A stretch of 60,968 bases of DNA, counting the filler. It is 7 parts of 7 records of this genome, joined end to end, with 100 filler letters (N's around TTAATTAATTAA, not from the genome) between each part and the next. Parts side by side here need not be neighbours in the genome. Positions count along the whole stretch, not along the records: positions 1 to 10,278 come from SRR20825006_3020; positions 10,379 to 28,522 come from SRR20825006_3021; 5 more parts are not named here. One strand, 5' to 3'. Within the stretch, counting starts at the first letter, position 1, and each line of letters starts with the position of its first letter. Both the position numbers and the translations under genes were made by a program. This document shows positions 1-10,791 of the stretch, piece after piece. Below the pieces are notes generated by a model, which saw only the letters and a program-made list of their open reading frames with translations, had not been told where the DNA came from and did no database searches.

Positions 1-98
1 ACCGCGCCAAGGATCGGCACGGTGGCGTTGGACAAAACGATGGGAATGGCGATTGTAAGGACCCGTTTGTGGGTCAGTGCCACCGATGCGTCAGTCAT
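1..98 (-). CDS. dinF: MATE family efflux transporter, N-terminal fragment
   Basis: Manual translation from ATG at 98 gives MTDASVALTHKRVLTIAIPIVLSNATVPILGA, the typical DinF/MATE N-terminus; runs off the window start. Confidence 0.8.
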   Translation of the reverse strand, partial: MTDASVALTHKRVLTIAIPIVLSNATVPILGA

Positions 99-99
99 T

Positions 100-597
100 T
101 CAGGGCTGCACCTCAAGCTCGGGCATCAAGAAATGCCCCATGGCTTGTACGGTCGGTCGGGCCCGGTTGTCCTGCCACGCCTCCACCCGAACAGAGGCAT
201 AGCGCCGCCCCGCGCGGGTGATCTCGGCGCGAGCATAGGCATCGCGCGGCAGGCCGGAGCGCAGATAATCCACAGTTATATCGATGGTTTTTGGCAAGGC
301 GGGCATCACCTCCACGCCCTCCCCCGCCTCCATCCGTGGCCAAATCAAAGACCAGCCCAGCGAAATGATCGCCGTGACCTCCAAAAACGCCGCCAAAGCC
401 CCGCCATGCAGCGCAGGCAGGGTGGGATTCCCAATCAAATCAGGACGATATGGCATGATCGCGGTCAATTCATCGCCGCGCCGTTCAAATTCAAAACCCA
501 TAAAGGTGATATAGGGCACCCGCGCCACCAAGGCGGCAAGCGCCGCATCGCGCCGTTCTTTGACGACCTGGACGGGTTCGGGTTTGGCTCGCATCAT
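100..597 (-). CDS. PaaI family (hotdog-fold) thioesterase
   Basis: GNPTLPALHGG and TIDITVDYLRS motifs; start overlaps the upstream stop (TGATG). Confidence 0.9.
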   Translation of the reverse strand: MMRAKPEPVQVVKERRDAALAALVARVPYITFMGFEFERRGDELTAIMPYRPDLIGNPTLPALHGGALAAFLEVTAIISLGWSLIWPRMEAGEGVEVMPALPKTIDITVDYLRSGLPRDAYARAEITRAGRRYASVRVEAWQDNRARPTVQAMGHFLMPELEVQP

Positions 598-1019
598 CAC
601 GTACGCTCCACGGTAAAGGCCCCTGTGGCGGCGGCAACGGGGACATCGGAGGTTCCATCATTGGCCGACACCCGCACGAAAGCGACGGAGCGGGTCATGT
701 GGTAACAAATCGCATGGGCGGTGATGGTCGCGCCGGGTTTGGCGGCGCGCATGTAATCTATTCTCAGATCAATCGTAGCGGTCGCCGGCCCTGATTTCGG
801 ATGGCTCATAACGGAGGCCCCGGCGCATGTGTCCATCAAGGCCGACACCGCGCCACCATGGATCACGCCCGTGTCCGGGTCGCCGATCAGCGCTTCGGAG
901 TAGGGCATAAAAATCTCTGCCTCCCCCTGACCGATCGAATCAAGTTTCATGCCAAGCGCCCGGCAGTGCGGCAAGGCTTCGATGAATTGGCGGGCAATTT
1001 TTGTACGTTCTTCGGTCAT
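597..1019 (-). CDS. PaaI family thioesterase
   Basis: GVIHGGAVSALMD and TIDLRIDYMR motifs; start trimmed to MTEERTK at 1019. Confidence 0.9.
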   Translation of the reverse strand: MTEERTKIARQFIEALPHCRALGMKLDSIGQGEAEIFMPYSEALIGDPDTGVIHGGAVSALMDTCAGASVMSHPKSGPATATIDLRIDYMRAAKPGATITAHAICYHMTRSVAFVRVSANDGTSDVPVAAATGAFTVERT

Positions 1020-1152
1020 AAAAGGCTCATTGGAGACGGCTGATTGACTGTGCACAGCGGTGCTTTTGGGCGGCGGCGGGCAAAACTCGACCCTTTGGGC
1101 ATGGGTTTGCATAATGTGGCTTGCAACACGGGCTGCAAGGTTTATCTTCTGC

Positions 1153-1173
1153 AATTAAGAATGACTTGCAACT
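1153..1173. promoter_or_regulatory. Putative Mur/Fur-family operator upstream of the Mn transporter
   Basis: AATTAAGAATGACTTGCAACT (reverse complement TTGCAAGTCATTCTTAA) resembles the alphaproteobacterial Mur box TGCAAAT-N2-TTCTCA; ends about 20 nt before the start codon. Confidence 0.6.
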
Positions 1174-1194
1174 AACCCCACGGAAGTTTCCCGC

Positions 1195-2376
1195 ATGACC
1201 AACATTGCCCGCCCCAATGAAGCCCGCGTCGAAGCCCGCGTCGCGGTGCCCAATACAGTGCCACTGGCAAAACTGGCGATCCAGCGGCCACTGCGTTTCA
1301 AACGTATCATCATCGCCCTCGCTTTTGTCGCGCTGGCATTGGCCCCAGCCCCGCTTGGCGCGCTTACCCGAGCACAAATGACCGACGCCTTCACCCAGGT
1401 CTCCGCTTTTGTCGCCGCCACATTGTTGTTGTTTTACGGCGCGGAGCGTGTGTTTCGGTTTAGTATGGGCGAAGCGCTCAAAGGGGCGAGATGGATGCAG
1501 GTGCCACTCGCCTCCCTGCTGGGCGCGACCCCCGGATGTGGCGGCGCGGTGATTGTGATCGCAGCCTATTCCAGCGGCAATGTCGGCTTTGGTGCAGTGG
1601 TGGCGACACTCACGGCGACCATGGGCGACGCGGCGTTTTTGTTGATCGCCACCCGACCCGATGCGGCGCTTGTGGTCCTGCCATTGTCTTTCGCCACGGG
1701 CATTCTGTTTGGCTGGTTGGTGGATGTGCTTCATCCCAACGGCGTGACGCGCAGCGCAGGCTCCGCCTGTGAGTTGGCACCTCGGATTGGCCGCATCCGT
1801 CCGCGCGACATCGCCTATCTCGTCCCGCTCTTCCCCGCACTTGCCGTTGGTGTCGCACAATTGGCACAGATCGAACTTACCACCCTGTTCGGCATCCCGA
1901 TCACCGTCTTCGCGCTGATCGGCACGGGCATGGGTCTGGTGATTTGGGTCCTCTCGCCAGTTCAGGCAATGACTCACCCGGACGATGCACCGGTGACGCG
2001 TATGGCTGAGGAAACCTCATTTATCTCGGTCTGGGTGATCGGGGCCTATCTGACCTATGAATATGCGGCGCAGTTTTTGGGTCTGGACCTTGCTGCGTTG
2101 TTTTCCTCGATCGCGCCACTGTTGCCCCTGATCGCCATTCTGATCGGATTCATCCCCGGTTGCGGCCCGCAGGTTTTGGTCACAACACTCTATATCAACG
2201 GGCTGATCCCCTTTGCAGCGCTTTTGGGCAATGCGATTTCCAACGATGGCGACGCTTTGTTCCCCGCCATCGCGTTGGAACCGCGTGCGGCCGTGCTGGC
2301 CACCGCTTATACTGCAATCCCGGCCTTGATCCTCAGCTATGTCGTTTACTATGGTTTCCCAAACGTTCTGAATTAA
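1195..2376 (+). CDS. mntX: Putative manganese transporter, MntX type
   Basis: Polytopic membrane protein with LLGATPGCGGA, ATMGDAAFLL, GFIPGCGPQ and NAISNDGDALFP motifs; Mur-like box upstream. Confidence 0.75.
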   Translation: MTNIARPNEARVEARVAVPNTVPLAKLAIQRPLRFKRIIIALAFVALALAPAPLGALTRAQMTDAFTQVSAFVAATLLLFYGAERVFRFSMGEALKGARWMQVPLASLLGATPGCGGAVIVIAAYSSGNVGFGAVVATLTATMGDAAFLLIATRPDAALVVLPLSFATGILFGWLVDVLHPNGVTRSAGSACELAPRIGRIRPRDIAYLVPLFPALAVGVAQLAQIELTTLFGIPITVFALIGTGMGLVIWVLSPVQAMTHPDDAPVTRMAEETSFISVWVIGAYLTYEYAAQFLGLDLAALFSSIAPLLPLIAILIGFIPGCGPQVLVTTLYINGLIPFAALLGNAISNDGDALFPAIALEPRAAVLATAYTAIPALILSYVVYYGFPNVLN

Positions 2377-2427
2377 GTTGCGAAACTAAACCCATCAGTT
2401 TAGATGCGACGTGAGGAGAGTGAAGCC

Positions 2428-2802
2428 ATGTCTGACCAACGTCTCACGTTTAAGGAAATGTGCGCGCAGTTCGATGTGACGCCGCGCACCCTGCGATATT
2501 ACGAGTATATCGAATTGCTGGCCCCCGAAAAGGAAGGCCGGTCACGGTTTTACACCCCGCGCGAACTGGCGCGGATGAAACTGATTCTTCGGGGCCGTCG
2601 CTATGGGTTTTCACTCGAAGAGATTCGCCAATGGCTGTCGATCTACGAAGAAGAAGGCACCGATGCGCAATCGGCGGCCTTTATCGACTTGGCAGATCGT
2701 CAACTTCAAGCGCTGACAGAACAACGTCAGGACCTCGACAAGGCGATTGATGAGCTCAAGAAACTGCGCGCAGACACTCTGGCGGGTGGCAAACCCGCCT
2801 GA
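2428..2802 (+). CDS. MerR family transcriptional regulator (LiuR-like)
   Basis: FDVTPRTLRYYE HTH, GFSLEEIRQ, C-terminal coiled coil; GAGGAG RBS before ATG 2428. Confidence 0.9.
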   Translation: MSDQRLTFKEMCAQFDVTPRTLRYYEYIELLAPEKEGRSRFYTPRELARMKLILRGRRYGFSLEEIRQWLSIYEEEGTDAQSAAFIDLADRQLQALTEQRQDLDKAIDELKKLRADTLAGGKPA

Positions 2803-3313
2803 GGGCCGCCGCACCCTCATACCCAAAATGACCCTAAGGCGCTGCAAATGTTACGCCGCCGCCGTGGTGTGGCCTTCCAGTCTTGTGACCTTCCATGCAT
2901 TGTGATGAATGCCTATGACGATACTCATGCGCCTTGCGGGCAAATGCGCGCCCTTACGACGCAACGTCTTTGGCGGGAAAAGCCCAGAGATTGCATTTTG
3001 ACGGCACTCAGCCGCAATGCCTAACACCCCAGAATTGGACCAAAACCCAAAGCGCTTTAATATCAATTTGAGCTGATATTTTCTTTACTTTTGAACAATT
3101 CCCCAAACCGTTTGCAATCAATCTGTCGAATGAATATCTTTTTGACTGAGACGATCCGACGCGCAAAACTTGCCTGATCGGAAGTGACGCCACGTTTCGA
3201 TTAAAGAGATGGGCAAGAAGCGAATAGGATGGGGCGAAGGCAGAACTTCGCGCGCCCCACAGTCGGTATGTGGACCATATCCACCGCTGACGGGAAACGG
3301 AGTAAACCGCCCG

Positions 3314-3712
3314 ATGACGAAAGAGGTAATGACCATCCGCGAAATGTGTGAGGCGTTCGACGTAACGCCGCGCACCTTGCGCTTCTATGAGGCCAAAGAA
3401 CTGATCTTTCCGATCCGCGAGGGACAGAAACGCCTGTTCACCAAACGCGATCGGGCTCGTTTGAAACTGATCATGCGGGGCAAAAAATTTGGCTTTTCTT
3501 TGGAAGAGATCCGGCAATTGCTTGATCTGTTCTCAGAGAACGACGGAGGGGTGGTGCAGCTACGCGAGACGTTAAAGGCGTATCGCGTTAAGCTTGCGGG
3601 GATGGAGGAGCAAAAACAACTGCTCCTCAGTGTCATGGCCGATTTGGAGCATGAGATTGAGTTCGCCGAAACCGAACTTGAGAAACAGACACGCGAGGGC
3701 ACAAAAAGCTGA
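3314..3712 (+). CDS. MerR family transcriptional regulator (LiuR-like), paralog 2
   Basis: FDVTPRTLRFYE and GFSLEEIRQLL motifs; start trimmed to MTKEVMT. Confidence 0.9.
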   Translation: MTKEVMTIREMCEAFDVTPRTLRFYEAKELIFPIREGQKRLFTKRDRARLKLIMRGKKFGFSLEEIRQLLDLFSENDGGVVQLRETLKAYRVKLAGMEEQKQLLLSVMADLEHEIEFAETELEKQTREGTKS

Positions 3713-3742
3713 CCTCGCGAGACACGCAAAGGGAGATCAGCC

Positions 3743-5515
3743 ATGCCGAGCTACACGGCGCCAACAAAAGACATTCAATATGTTCTGCACGATGTGTTGA
3801 ACATTTCGAACTCCGAGGTGCCGGGCTACGCCGACCTCGATCGCGAATTTACCGAAGCCATTTTGGACGCTGCGGGCCAATTGGCCTCCGAAGTGATTGC
3901 GCCGTTGAACACGGTGGGCGACACAGAAGGCTGTACGTTTGAGAACGGGGTGATCACCACGCCGACCGGGTTCAAAGCGGCCTTTGAACAAGTCAAGGAA
4001 GGCGGCTGGCCGGGGCTCGATCTGCCAGAAGAATACGGCGGCCAAGGTCTGCCCTATCTGATCAGCACCGCCGTGGGCGAATTGTTTTCCGGCGCGAACC
4101 AAGCCTTCACCATGTATCAGGGCCTGACCCATGGCGCGGCGTCGGCGATTTTGGTGCATGGCACCGAAGATCAAAAAGCCACCTACCTGCCGAAAATGAC
4201 CTCCTGCGACTGGACCGGGACGATGAACCTGACGGAGCCGCATTGCGGCACCGATCTGGGCCTGATGCGCACCAAGGCCGAGCCGCAGGACGACGGCTCC
4301 TACAAGATCAGCGGCCAAAAGATTTTCATCTCGGCGGGCGATCACGACATGTCCGAGAACGTCATCCACCTTGTGCTGGGCAAGATCGTTGGCGGGCCTG
4401 AGGGGATCAAGGGCGTGTCGCTGTTCATCGTGCCGAAGTTTTTGGTCAACGAAGATGGCTCCCTAGGCGCGCGCAATGGCGTGTCCGTTGGCTCCATCGA
4501 AGAGAAAATGGGCATCCACGGCAACTCGACCTGCGTGATGAACTATGACGAAGCGACGGGGTATCTTTTGGGCGATATGCATAAAGGCATGCGCGCGATG
4601 TTCACCATGATGAACGAGGCGCGTTTGGGCGTCGGCATGCAGGGCCTCGCCCAAGCCGAAGCCGCCTACCAAAACGCCGTGATTTACGCCAAAGACCGGC
4701 TTCAGGGCCGCGCTGTCACCGGTGCCGAAAACCCCGAAGGCCCGGCCGATCCGCTGATCGTGCACCCGGACATCCGCCGCAACCTGATGGATCAAAAGAG
4801 TTTTATCGAGGGCGCGCGGGCCTTTATGCTTTGGGGCGCGCAACTGATTGATGCGGGTCACAAAGGCGGCGACACCGCCGCAGAGGGCCTCGTGTCCTTG
4901 ATGACGCCGGTGCTCAAAGGGTTCCTCACCGACAAAGGCTATGAGGCGACCGTGAACGCGCAACAGGTCTATGGCGGCCATGGCTATATCGAAGAATGGG
5001 GCATGTCCCAATTCACCCGCGATGCCCGAATTGCGATGATCTATGAGGGCGCGAACGGCGTTCAGGCGCTGGACCTCGTGGGTCGCAAATTGGCGCAGGA
5101 CGGTGGCAAACACGTCATGGCCTTCTTTGACATGGTCAAAACCTTCTGCAAGGAGAACGGCGACGGCGACATGGCGGAATTTGTTGATCCGCTCAAAGCC
5201 GCCTCGAAAGACCTTCAGGGCGCGGGCATGTATTTCATGCAAAACGGCATGAAAAACCCGAACGCGGCACTGTCTGGCTCCTATGACTTCATGCATCTGT
5301 TTGGCTATGTCTGCCTTGGTCTGATGTGGGGTCGGATGGCGAAAACCTCGCTCACTGCGCTGGCCAATGGCACCGACGATCCCGAGTTCCACAAAAACAA
5401 ACTGATCACCGCGCGCTATTACATGGCCCGTTCGCTGCCGATGACCGGCACGCTGTTGAAACGGATCGAATCTGGTGCCGATCCGGTGATGGCGCTGGCC
5501 GCCGAAGCGTTCTAA
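3743..5515 (+). CDS. Acyl-CoA dehydrogenase (long DmdC/FadE5-like type)
   Basis: [34 protein letters not shown] and IYEGANG motifs. Confidence 0.95.
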   Translation: MPSYTAPTKDIQYVLHDVLNISNSEVPGYADLDREFTEAILDAAGQLASEVIAPLNTVGDTEGCTFENGVITTPTGFKAAFEQVKEGGWPGLDLPEEYGGQGLPYLISTAVGELFSGANQAFTMYQGLTHGAASAILVHGTEDQKATYLPKMTSCDWTGTMNLTEPHCGTDLGLMRTKAEPQDDGSYKISGQKIFISAGDHDMSENVIHLVLGKIVGGPEGIKGVSLFIVPKFLVNEDGSLGARNGVSVGSIEEKMGIHGNSTCVMNYDEATGYLLGDMHKGMRAMFTMMNEARLGVGMQGLAQAEAAYQNAVIYAKDRLQGRAVTGAENPEGPADPLIVHPDIRRNLMDQKSFIEGARAFMLWGAQLIDAGHKGGDTAAEGLVSLMTPVLKGFLTDKGYEATVNAQQVYGGHGYIEEWGMSQFTRDARIAMIYEGANGVQALDLVGRKLAQDGGKHVMAFFDMVKTFCKENGDGDMAEFVDPLKAASKDLQGAGMYFMQNGMKNPNAALSGSYDFMHLFGYVCLGLMWGRMAKTSLTALANGTDDPEFHKNKLITARYYMARSLPMTGTLLKRIESGADPVMALAAEAF

Positions 5516-5537
5516 ACTCGGGTCACCTTGATCTTTT

Positions 5538-5573
5538 GGCCCCTCGCCCGGATGTCGGGCGGGGGGTCTTTTT
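5538..5573 (+). terminator. Rho-independent terminator
   Basis: GGCCCCTCGCCCG / CGGGCGGGGGGTC stem followed by a T run. Confidence 0.75.
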
Positions 5574-5612
5574 GTGTGTCGGCCCAAATGGGCCAAATGA
5601 CGGAGCGTAACC

Positions 5613-5825
5613 ATGCCCAAGCGCTTTAGAATGACGCGGCGTTTTCCTGTTTCTATGACCGAAGATGGCTATCGTCGTCTCAAACGGTTCGCAAGGGAGG
5701 CGGGACTGGATGAGGGAGAGGCTTTGTCTTTCCTGTTCGAAAATTTCACCTCCGTCATAAACGAAGACAACCTTGAACACCGGATGCGGTTGTTCAATGC
5801 AGATTTGGAGAAGAGGAAAAAATGA
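5613..5825 (+). CDS. Small hypothetical protein, possibly ribbon-helix-helix
   Basis: 70 aa; GGAG RBS; strand-helix-helix pattern RRFPVSMTEDGYRRLKRFAREAGLDEGEALSFL. Confidence 0.65.
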   Translation: MPKRFRMTRRFPVSMTEDGYRRLKRFAREAGLDEGEALSFLFENFTSVINEDNLEHRMRLFNADLEKRKK

Positions 5826-5979
5826 CCCACACCGCGCCCCTTGTCAGAGCTTGCGTTTTGACGCCCCTGCTGCGCGGTGAGTATTTTTCCAACGATGAAG
5901 CTGAGGCACATCGAACCTTTGCAATGCGCCTGTTCTGCCCCCATGTTTGGGTCAACGTTGCAGCACAAGGATCGGACAG

Positions 5980-6621
5980 ATGACGGCACAGCTCTATTGC
6001 TTTGGTGAAAGCGGGCATTCCTACAAAGTGGCCTTGACCCTGACCTTGGCAGAGCTGCCGTGGGAGCAGGTCTATGTCGATTTTTTCAACGGTGAATCGC
6101 GCAGCGATGCGTTTCGCGCGCTCAATCCGATGGGCGAATGCCCGGTCTATGTCGACGGGGATCTGACCCTGACGCAATCGGGCGTGATCCTGACTGAGTT
6201 GGTCAAAAGGACCGGGAAATTTGGCGGCGCGACTGAGGCCGAGCAACGCGAAGTGTTGCGCTGGGTGCTCTGGGACAACCACAAAATGTCCGCACAGGTC
6301 GGCATGACCCGGTTTTTGATGAACTTTGTACCGGAGGACAAACGCCCACAAGAGGTCATCGCCTTTATGCAAGGTCGGTTGAAATCTGCCTATGCCACCC
6401 TGAATAGCGCTTTGGCGGATCGCGATTGGGTTGCGGGTACGACAGGCCCGACCATCGCGGATTTTTCCTGTTGTTCTTACCTGTTCTACCCCGAACCCTT
6501 TGGGTTTGTGCGGGCCGATTGGCCCAATATTGACGCTTGGCTGGGGCGGATCGAAACCCTGCCCGGCTGGAAACACCCTTATGATATGATGCCCGGCTCC
6601 CCCATGGACCGGGCCCAGTGA
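5980..6621 (+). CDS. Glutathione S-transferase family protein
   Basis: SGHSYKV, LNPMGECP, LTQSGVIL and PTIADF motifs. Confidence 0.92.
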   Translation: MTAQLYCFGESGHSYKVALTLTLAELPWEQVYVDFFNGESRSDAFRALNPMGECPVYVDGDLTLTQSGVILTELVKRTGKFGGATEAEQREVLRWVLWDNHKMSAQVGMTRFLMNFVPEDKRPQEVIAFMQGRLKSAYATLNSALADRDWVAGTTGPTIADFSCCSYLFYPEPFGFVRADWPNIDAWLGRIETLPGWKHPYDMMPGSPMDRAQ

Positions 6622-6641
6622 CGACGAGTTGGAGGATCTGA

Positions 6642-7853
6642 ATGACTGACGCATATATTTATGACGCCGTGCGAAGCCCGCGCGGCAAGGGGCGCAAGGA
6701 CGGTTCCCTACACGAGGTGACATCCGCGCGCCTGTCCGCGCAAATCCTGAACGCGGTGAAAGAGCGCAACGGTTTGGACGGTCATGCCGTCGAGGATGTG
6801 ATCTGGGGGAACGTGACCCAGGTTGGCGAACAGGGCGGCTGTTTGGCACGGACCGCCGTTTTGGCCTCCGATCTGGATCAATCCATTCCGGGCCTCGCCA
6901 TCAACCGCTTTTGCGCTTCGGGCATGGAGGCAGTGAACATCGCCGCCAACCAGATCAAAGGCGGCGCGGGCATGGGATACATAGCCGGTGGTGTCGAAAT
7001 GATGGGCCGGGTTGCGATGGGCTCGGATGGTGCAGCAATCGCCGTCGATCCGGCCTTGGCGATGAAAACCTATTTCGTGCCACAAGGTATTTCGGCGGAC
7101 ATCATCGCCACCGAATATGGCTTTACCCGCGAACAGGCCGACACTCTGGCCGTGCTGTCGCAAGACCGCGCCGAGGCGGCTTGGAAAGACAGTCGCTTTG
7201 CCAAATCCATTGTTCCGATCAAAGACATCAATGGCCTGACCATCCTTGATCACGACGAATACATGCGCCCCGGCACCACGGTCGAGGCGCTTGGCAATCT
7301 GAAAGCCTCGTTCAAAGACATGGGCGAAGTGATGCCCGGCTTTGATAAGATCGCGATGATGAAATACCCGCATCTTGAGGCGATCAACCACATCCACCAT
7401 GCGGGCAACTCGTCCGGTATCGTCGATGGCTCCGCCGCCGTTTTGATCGGCAACAAAGAGTTTGGTGAGAAATGGGGCCTCAAGCCCCGCGCGCGCATCC
7501 GTGCGACGGCAAAAATCGGCACCGACCCGACGATCATGTTGACTGGCCCCGTGCCCGTGACCGAAAAAATCCTGCGCGACAGCGGCATGTCGATTTCGGA
7601 CATCGACCTGTTTGAGGTCAACGAGGCCTTCGCCGCCGTGGTGATGCGCTTTATGCAGGCATTTGATGTCGATGACAGCAAAGTCAACGTCAACGGCGGC
7701 TCCATCGCCATGGGCCACCCGTTGGGCGCGACAGGCGCGATCATCATTGGTACACTTCTTGATGAATTGGAACGCACTGGCAAAGGCACAGGCCTTGCCA
7801 CGCTGTGTATCGCCTCGGGCATGGGGGCGGCGACGATTATCGAAAGGATCTAA
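6642..7853 (+). CDS. Acetyl-CoA C-acetyltransferase / 3-ketoacyl-CoA thiolase
   Basis: NRFCASG, NEAFA, GHPLGATG and LCIASGMG motifs. Confidence 0.96.
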   Translation: MTDAYIYDAVRSPRGKGRKDGSLHEVTSARLSAQILNAVKERNGLDGHAVEDVIWGNVTQVGEQGGCLARTAVLASDLDQSIPGLAINRFCASGMEAVNIAANQIKGGAGMGYIAGGVEMMGRVAMGSDGAAIAVDPALAMKTYFVPQGISADIIATEYGFTREQADTLAVLSQDRAEAAWKDSRFAKSIVPIKDINGLTILDHDEYMRPGTTVEALGNLKASFKDMGEVMPGFDKIAMMKYPHLEAINHIHHAGNSSGIVDGSAAVLIGNKEFGEKWGLKPRARIRATAKIGTDPTIMLTGPVPVTEKILRDSGMSISDIDLFEVNEAFAAVVMRFMQAFDVDDSKVNVNGGSIAMGHPLGATGAIIIGTLLDELERTGKGTGLATLCIASGMGAATIIERI

Positions 7854-7855
7854 AT

Positions 7856-8266
7856 GTGAATGAGGCGGAGTTCCGGGCGTTCCTTGACGACATTTCAACC
7901 TGTTTTACCACGGGTGATTTCGACACTTGGGCCAACCGTATCCTCCTGCCTTTTTCCATGGTGCAAAAACGAGGCCCCGTGATGTTTCAGACCCGCCACG
8001 AGTTGAAAGCGGATTTCGACCTTTACCTTCAGGCTTGTGAAATCATGAAGCTGGACGAAATCTACCGCCGCCCGATCTCGCTTGAGGACTGTCACGACGG
8101 GACTTTTATCGCAACCTATGAGACACAACTGTTGAGCCACGGCCAGCGTGCGACGGCACCTTATACCGCCTCCGCACTGATCCATGCCACAGAGGACGGC
8201 TACAAAATGTCGTCGATCCTCAACGCGCTTGGACACCAAGCCTGGACCGGAACCAGCCCCGCATGA
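7856..8266 (+). CDS. Hypothetical protein, possibly NTF2/SnoaL-like
   Basis: GTG start 2 nt after the thiolase stop; fills the gap before FadB/J; helix-then-strands pattern. Confidence 0.6.
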   Translation: MNEAEFRAFLDDISTCFTTGDFDTWANRILLPFSMVQKRGPVMFQTRHELKADFDLYLQACEIMKLDEIYRRPISLEDCHDGTFIATYETQLLSHGQRATAPYTASALIHATEDGYKMSSILNALGHQAWTGTSPA

Positions 8267-8277
8267 GAGGGAAGAGA

Positions 8278-10278
8278 ATGACTGATTTTCACTATAGCGT
8301 AGACAGCGACGGCGTGGCCGTCATCACTTGGGACATCGCCAACAAAAGCATGAATGTGCTGTCCATCGCGGGCATCAGCGAATTGAACGACTGTGTCGAT
8401 CAGGCGCTGGCGGACGAAGCCGTCAAAGGCATCGTGATCACCTCCGGCAAGGTGGATTTTGCCGGCGGCATGGATTTGAACATCATCGCCAAAATGCGCG
8501 ATGACGCAGGGGCCGAGCCCGCGAAGGGCCTGTTTGAGGGCATCATGTCGATGCACGCCATCCTGCGCAAAATCGAACGCGCGGGCATGGACCCGAAAAC
8601 CAACAAAGGCGGCAAACCGATTGCCTCCGCCCTGCCCGGCACGGCGCTTGGCATTGGCTTGGAATTGCCTTTGGCGACGCACCGCATCTTTGTGGCCAAC
8701 AACCCTAAGGCCAAAATCGGCCTGCCGGAAATCAAGGTCGGCATCTTCCCCGGCATGGGCGGCACCACGCGTGTATCGCGCCTCTTGGGGGCGATGGCGG
8801 CGGCTCCGATCCTGTTGGAAGGTCGGATGTTGGACCCGATCAAAGCCAAATCTTTGGGCCTTGTGCATGAGGTGGTTGAACCTGCCGAACTGCTGGCCAA
8901 AGCCAAAGAGTGGGTTTTGAACGCAACAGACGCGGACATCCTGAAACCATGGGACGCGAAGGGGTGGAAAATGCCCGGCGGCGCGCCCTATCACCCGGCG
9001 GGTTTCATGACCTTTGTTGGCGCATCTGCCATGGTCAATGGCAACACGATGGGCGTTTATCCGGCGGCCAAGGCGTTGCTCTCGGCGGTCTATGAAGGCG
9101 CCATGGTGCCCTTTGACACCGCGATCAAAATCGAGGCGCGTTGGTTCACCAATGTGTTGTTGAACCCGTCGTCCTCCAACATGATCCGCTCGCTGTTCAT
9201 CAACAAAGAGGCACTTGAAAAAGGCGCGAACCGCCCGGATGTGGCCGATCAAAAGGTCAGGAAACTCGGCGTTTTGGGCGCGGGTATGATGGGCGCGGGC
9301 ATTGCCTATGTCTCCGCCAATGCGGGCATTGAGGTCGTGTTGATCGATCAAAAACAGGAGGCCGCAGACAAGGGCAAAGCGCTGTCGGAAAGCATCCTCG
9401 ATAAAGGCATCGCCCGTAAAAAAGTGACGCCGGAAAAGAAAGAATCCGTGCTCGCCAACATCACCGCCACCACCGATCTCGACGCGCTCAAGGGCTGTGA
9501 TCTGATCGTCGAAGCGGTGTTTGAGGACATCGGCGTCAAGGCGGAAATGACCCAAAAGGTCGAGGCCATCGTTGGCCCGGACTGTGTGTTTGCCTCCAAC
9601 ACTTCGACCCTGCCAATTACTGAGTTGGCCAAGGCCTCCGTGCGCCCGGATCAGTTCATCGGCATCCACTTCTTTAGCCCGGTCGACAAGATGCTTTTGG
9701 TCGAGATCATCAAAGGCAAAGAGACCGGCGATGTGGCCGTGGCCAAGGCGCTCGATTTCGTCCGCCAGATCCGCAAGACGCCGATCGTGGTCAATGACGC
9801 GCGGTTCTTCTACGCCAACCGCTGCATCATCCCCTATATCAACGAAGGGGTGCGGATGGCCGCCGAAGGCGTTGAATTGCCGCTGATTGAAAATGCCGCA
9901 AAACTTCTTGGCTTCCCGCTTGGGCCGCTTCAGTTGATTGACGAAACCTCCATCGACCTCGGCGTGAAAATCGCCAAAGCGACCAAAGCCGCCATGGGTG
10001 ACGATTACCCGGACGAAGCGGTGGACGAAGTGGTGTTTTGGATGTTCGATCAGGGCCGTTTGGGTAAAAAAGCCAACGCGGGCTTTTATACCTACGACGA
10101 GAAAGGCAAACGCGGGATGCTTTGGGACGGGTTCACCGCCGAGTACCCGACAGCGGACGTCCAACCCGAGCTTGACGAAGTGCAACACCGCCTGATGATG
10201 GCGCAGGTGTTGGAAGCCGTGCGTGCGCTTGAAGATGGCGTGTTGACCGACATCCGCGAAGGCGATGTGGGTGCGATC
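8278..10278 (+). CDS. Fatty acid oxidation complex alpha subunit (enoyl-CoA hydratase / 3-hydroxyacyl-CoA dehydrogenase), 3' truncated
   Basis: GLPEIKVGIFPGMGG, GVLGAGMMGAG, SNTSTLP and HFFSPV motifs; cut by the spacer. Confidence 0.95.
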
Positions 10279-10378
10279 NNNNNNNNNNNNNNNNNNNNNN
10301 NNNNNNNNNNNNNNNNNNNNNNTTAATTAATTAANNNNNNNNNNNNNNNNNNNNNNNNNNNNNNNNNNNNNNNNNNNN
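10279..10378. other. Artificial contig spacer
   Basis: N44-TTAATTAATTAA-N44. Confidence 0.99.
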
Positions 10379-10485
10379 ATCACCGCGCATCCGCCGACAT
10401 CCGCGGCGCTTCACATTCATGATATTGCCGATTCGAAGCGCGGTTTGCTCGAGCAAACCGCGCGGCCCTCTCGCAGGACCACCCC

Positions 10486-10791
10486 ATGACCACGAATAAA
10501 AGCGTACTGCACTCCGATCGCAACCTGATCATCACCCTCGTCACCGACGATAGTGACGACACCCCACCGTTGATCACGATCCAGAGCACGAAGAATGGCC
10601 CGGACCTTAGCTTCAGCGATGATGTCGTCGTAGTCGCCAACGCCGAGGCGCTCGAGGTGACGCTCGAGGATCGCTCGCACGTGAGCGCGTCACTCGCGCC
10701 GCTCGGAGATCTTGGTGGCCAGGTCCTCCGCCTGCACGTGCGCATCGGAGAGTTCTTTGGCGGATGGGAAATCGAACTCTATGAAGAGTGA
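10486..10791 (+). CDS. Hypothetical protein
   Basis: 101 aa ORF with host-like codon usage and AGGA RBS; overlaps the next gene start. Confidence 0.6.
   Translation: MTTNKSVLHSDRNLIITLVTDDSDDTPPLITIQSTKNGPDLSFSDDVVVVANAEALEVTLEDRSHVSASLAPLGDLGGQVLRLHVRIGEFFGGWEIELYEE

Noticed and set aside
8200..10188. 662-aa minus-strand ORF, and similar ones at 4463-5620, 6708-7898, 20123-21475 and 25278-26807
   Set aside because: Antisense shadows of conserved genes caused by codon bias.
10323..10334. TTAATTAATTAA repeated six times through the window
   Set aside because: Always centred in a 100-nt N spacer; an artificial all-frame stop linker.
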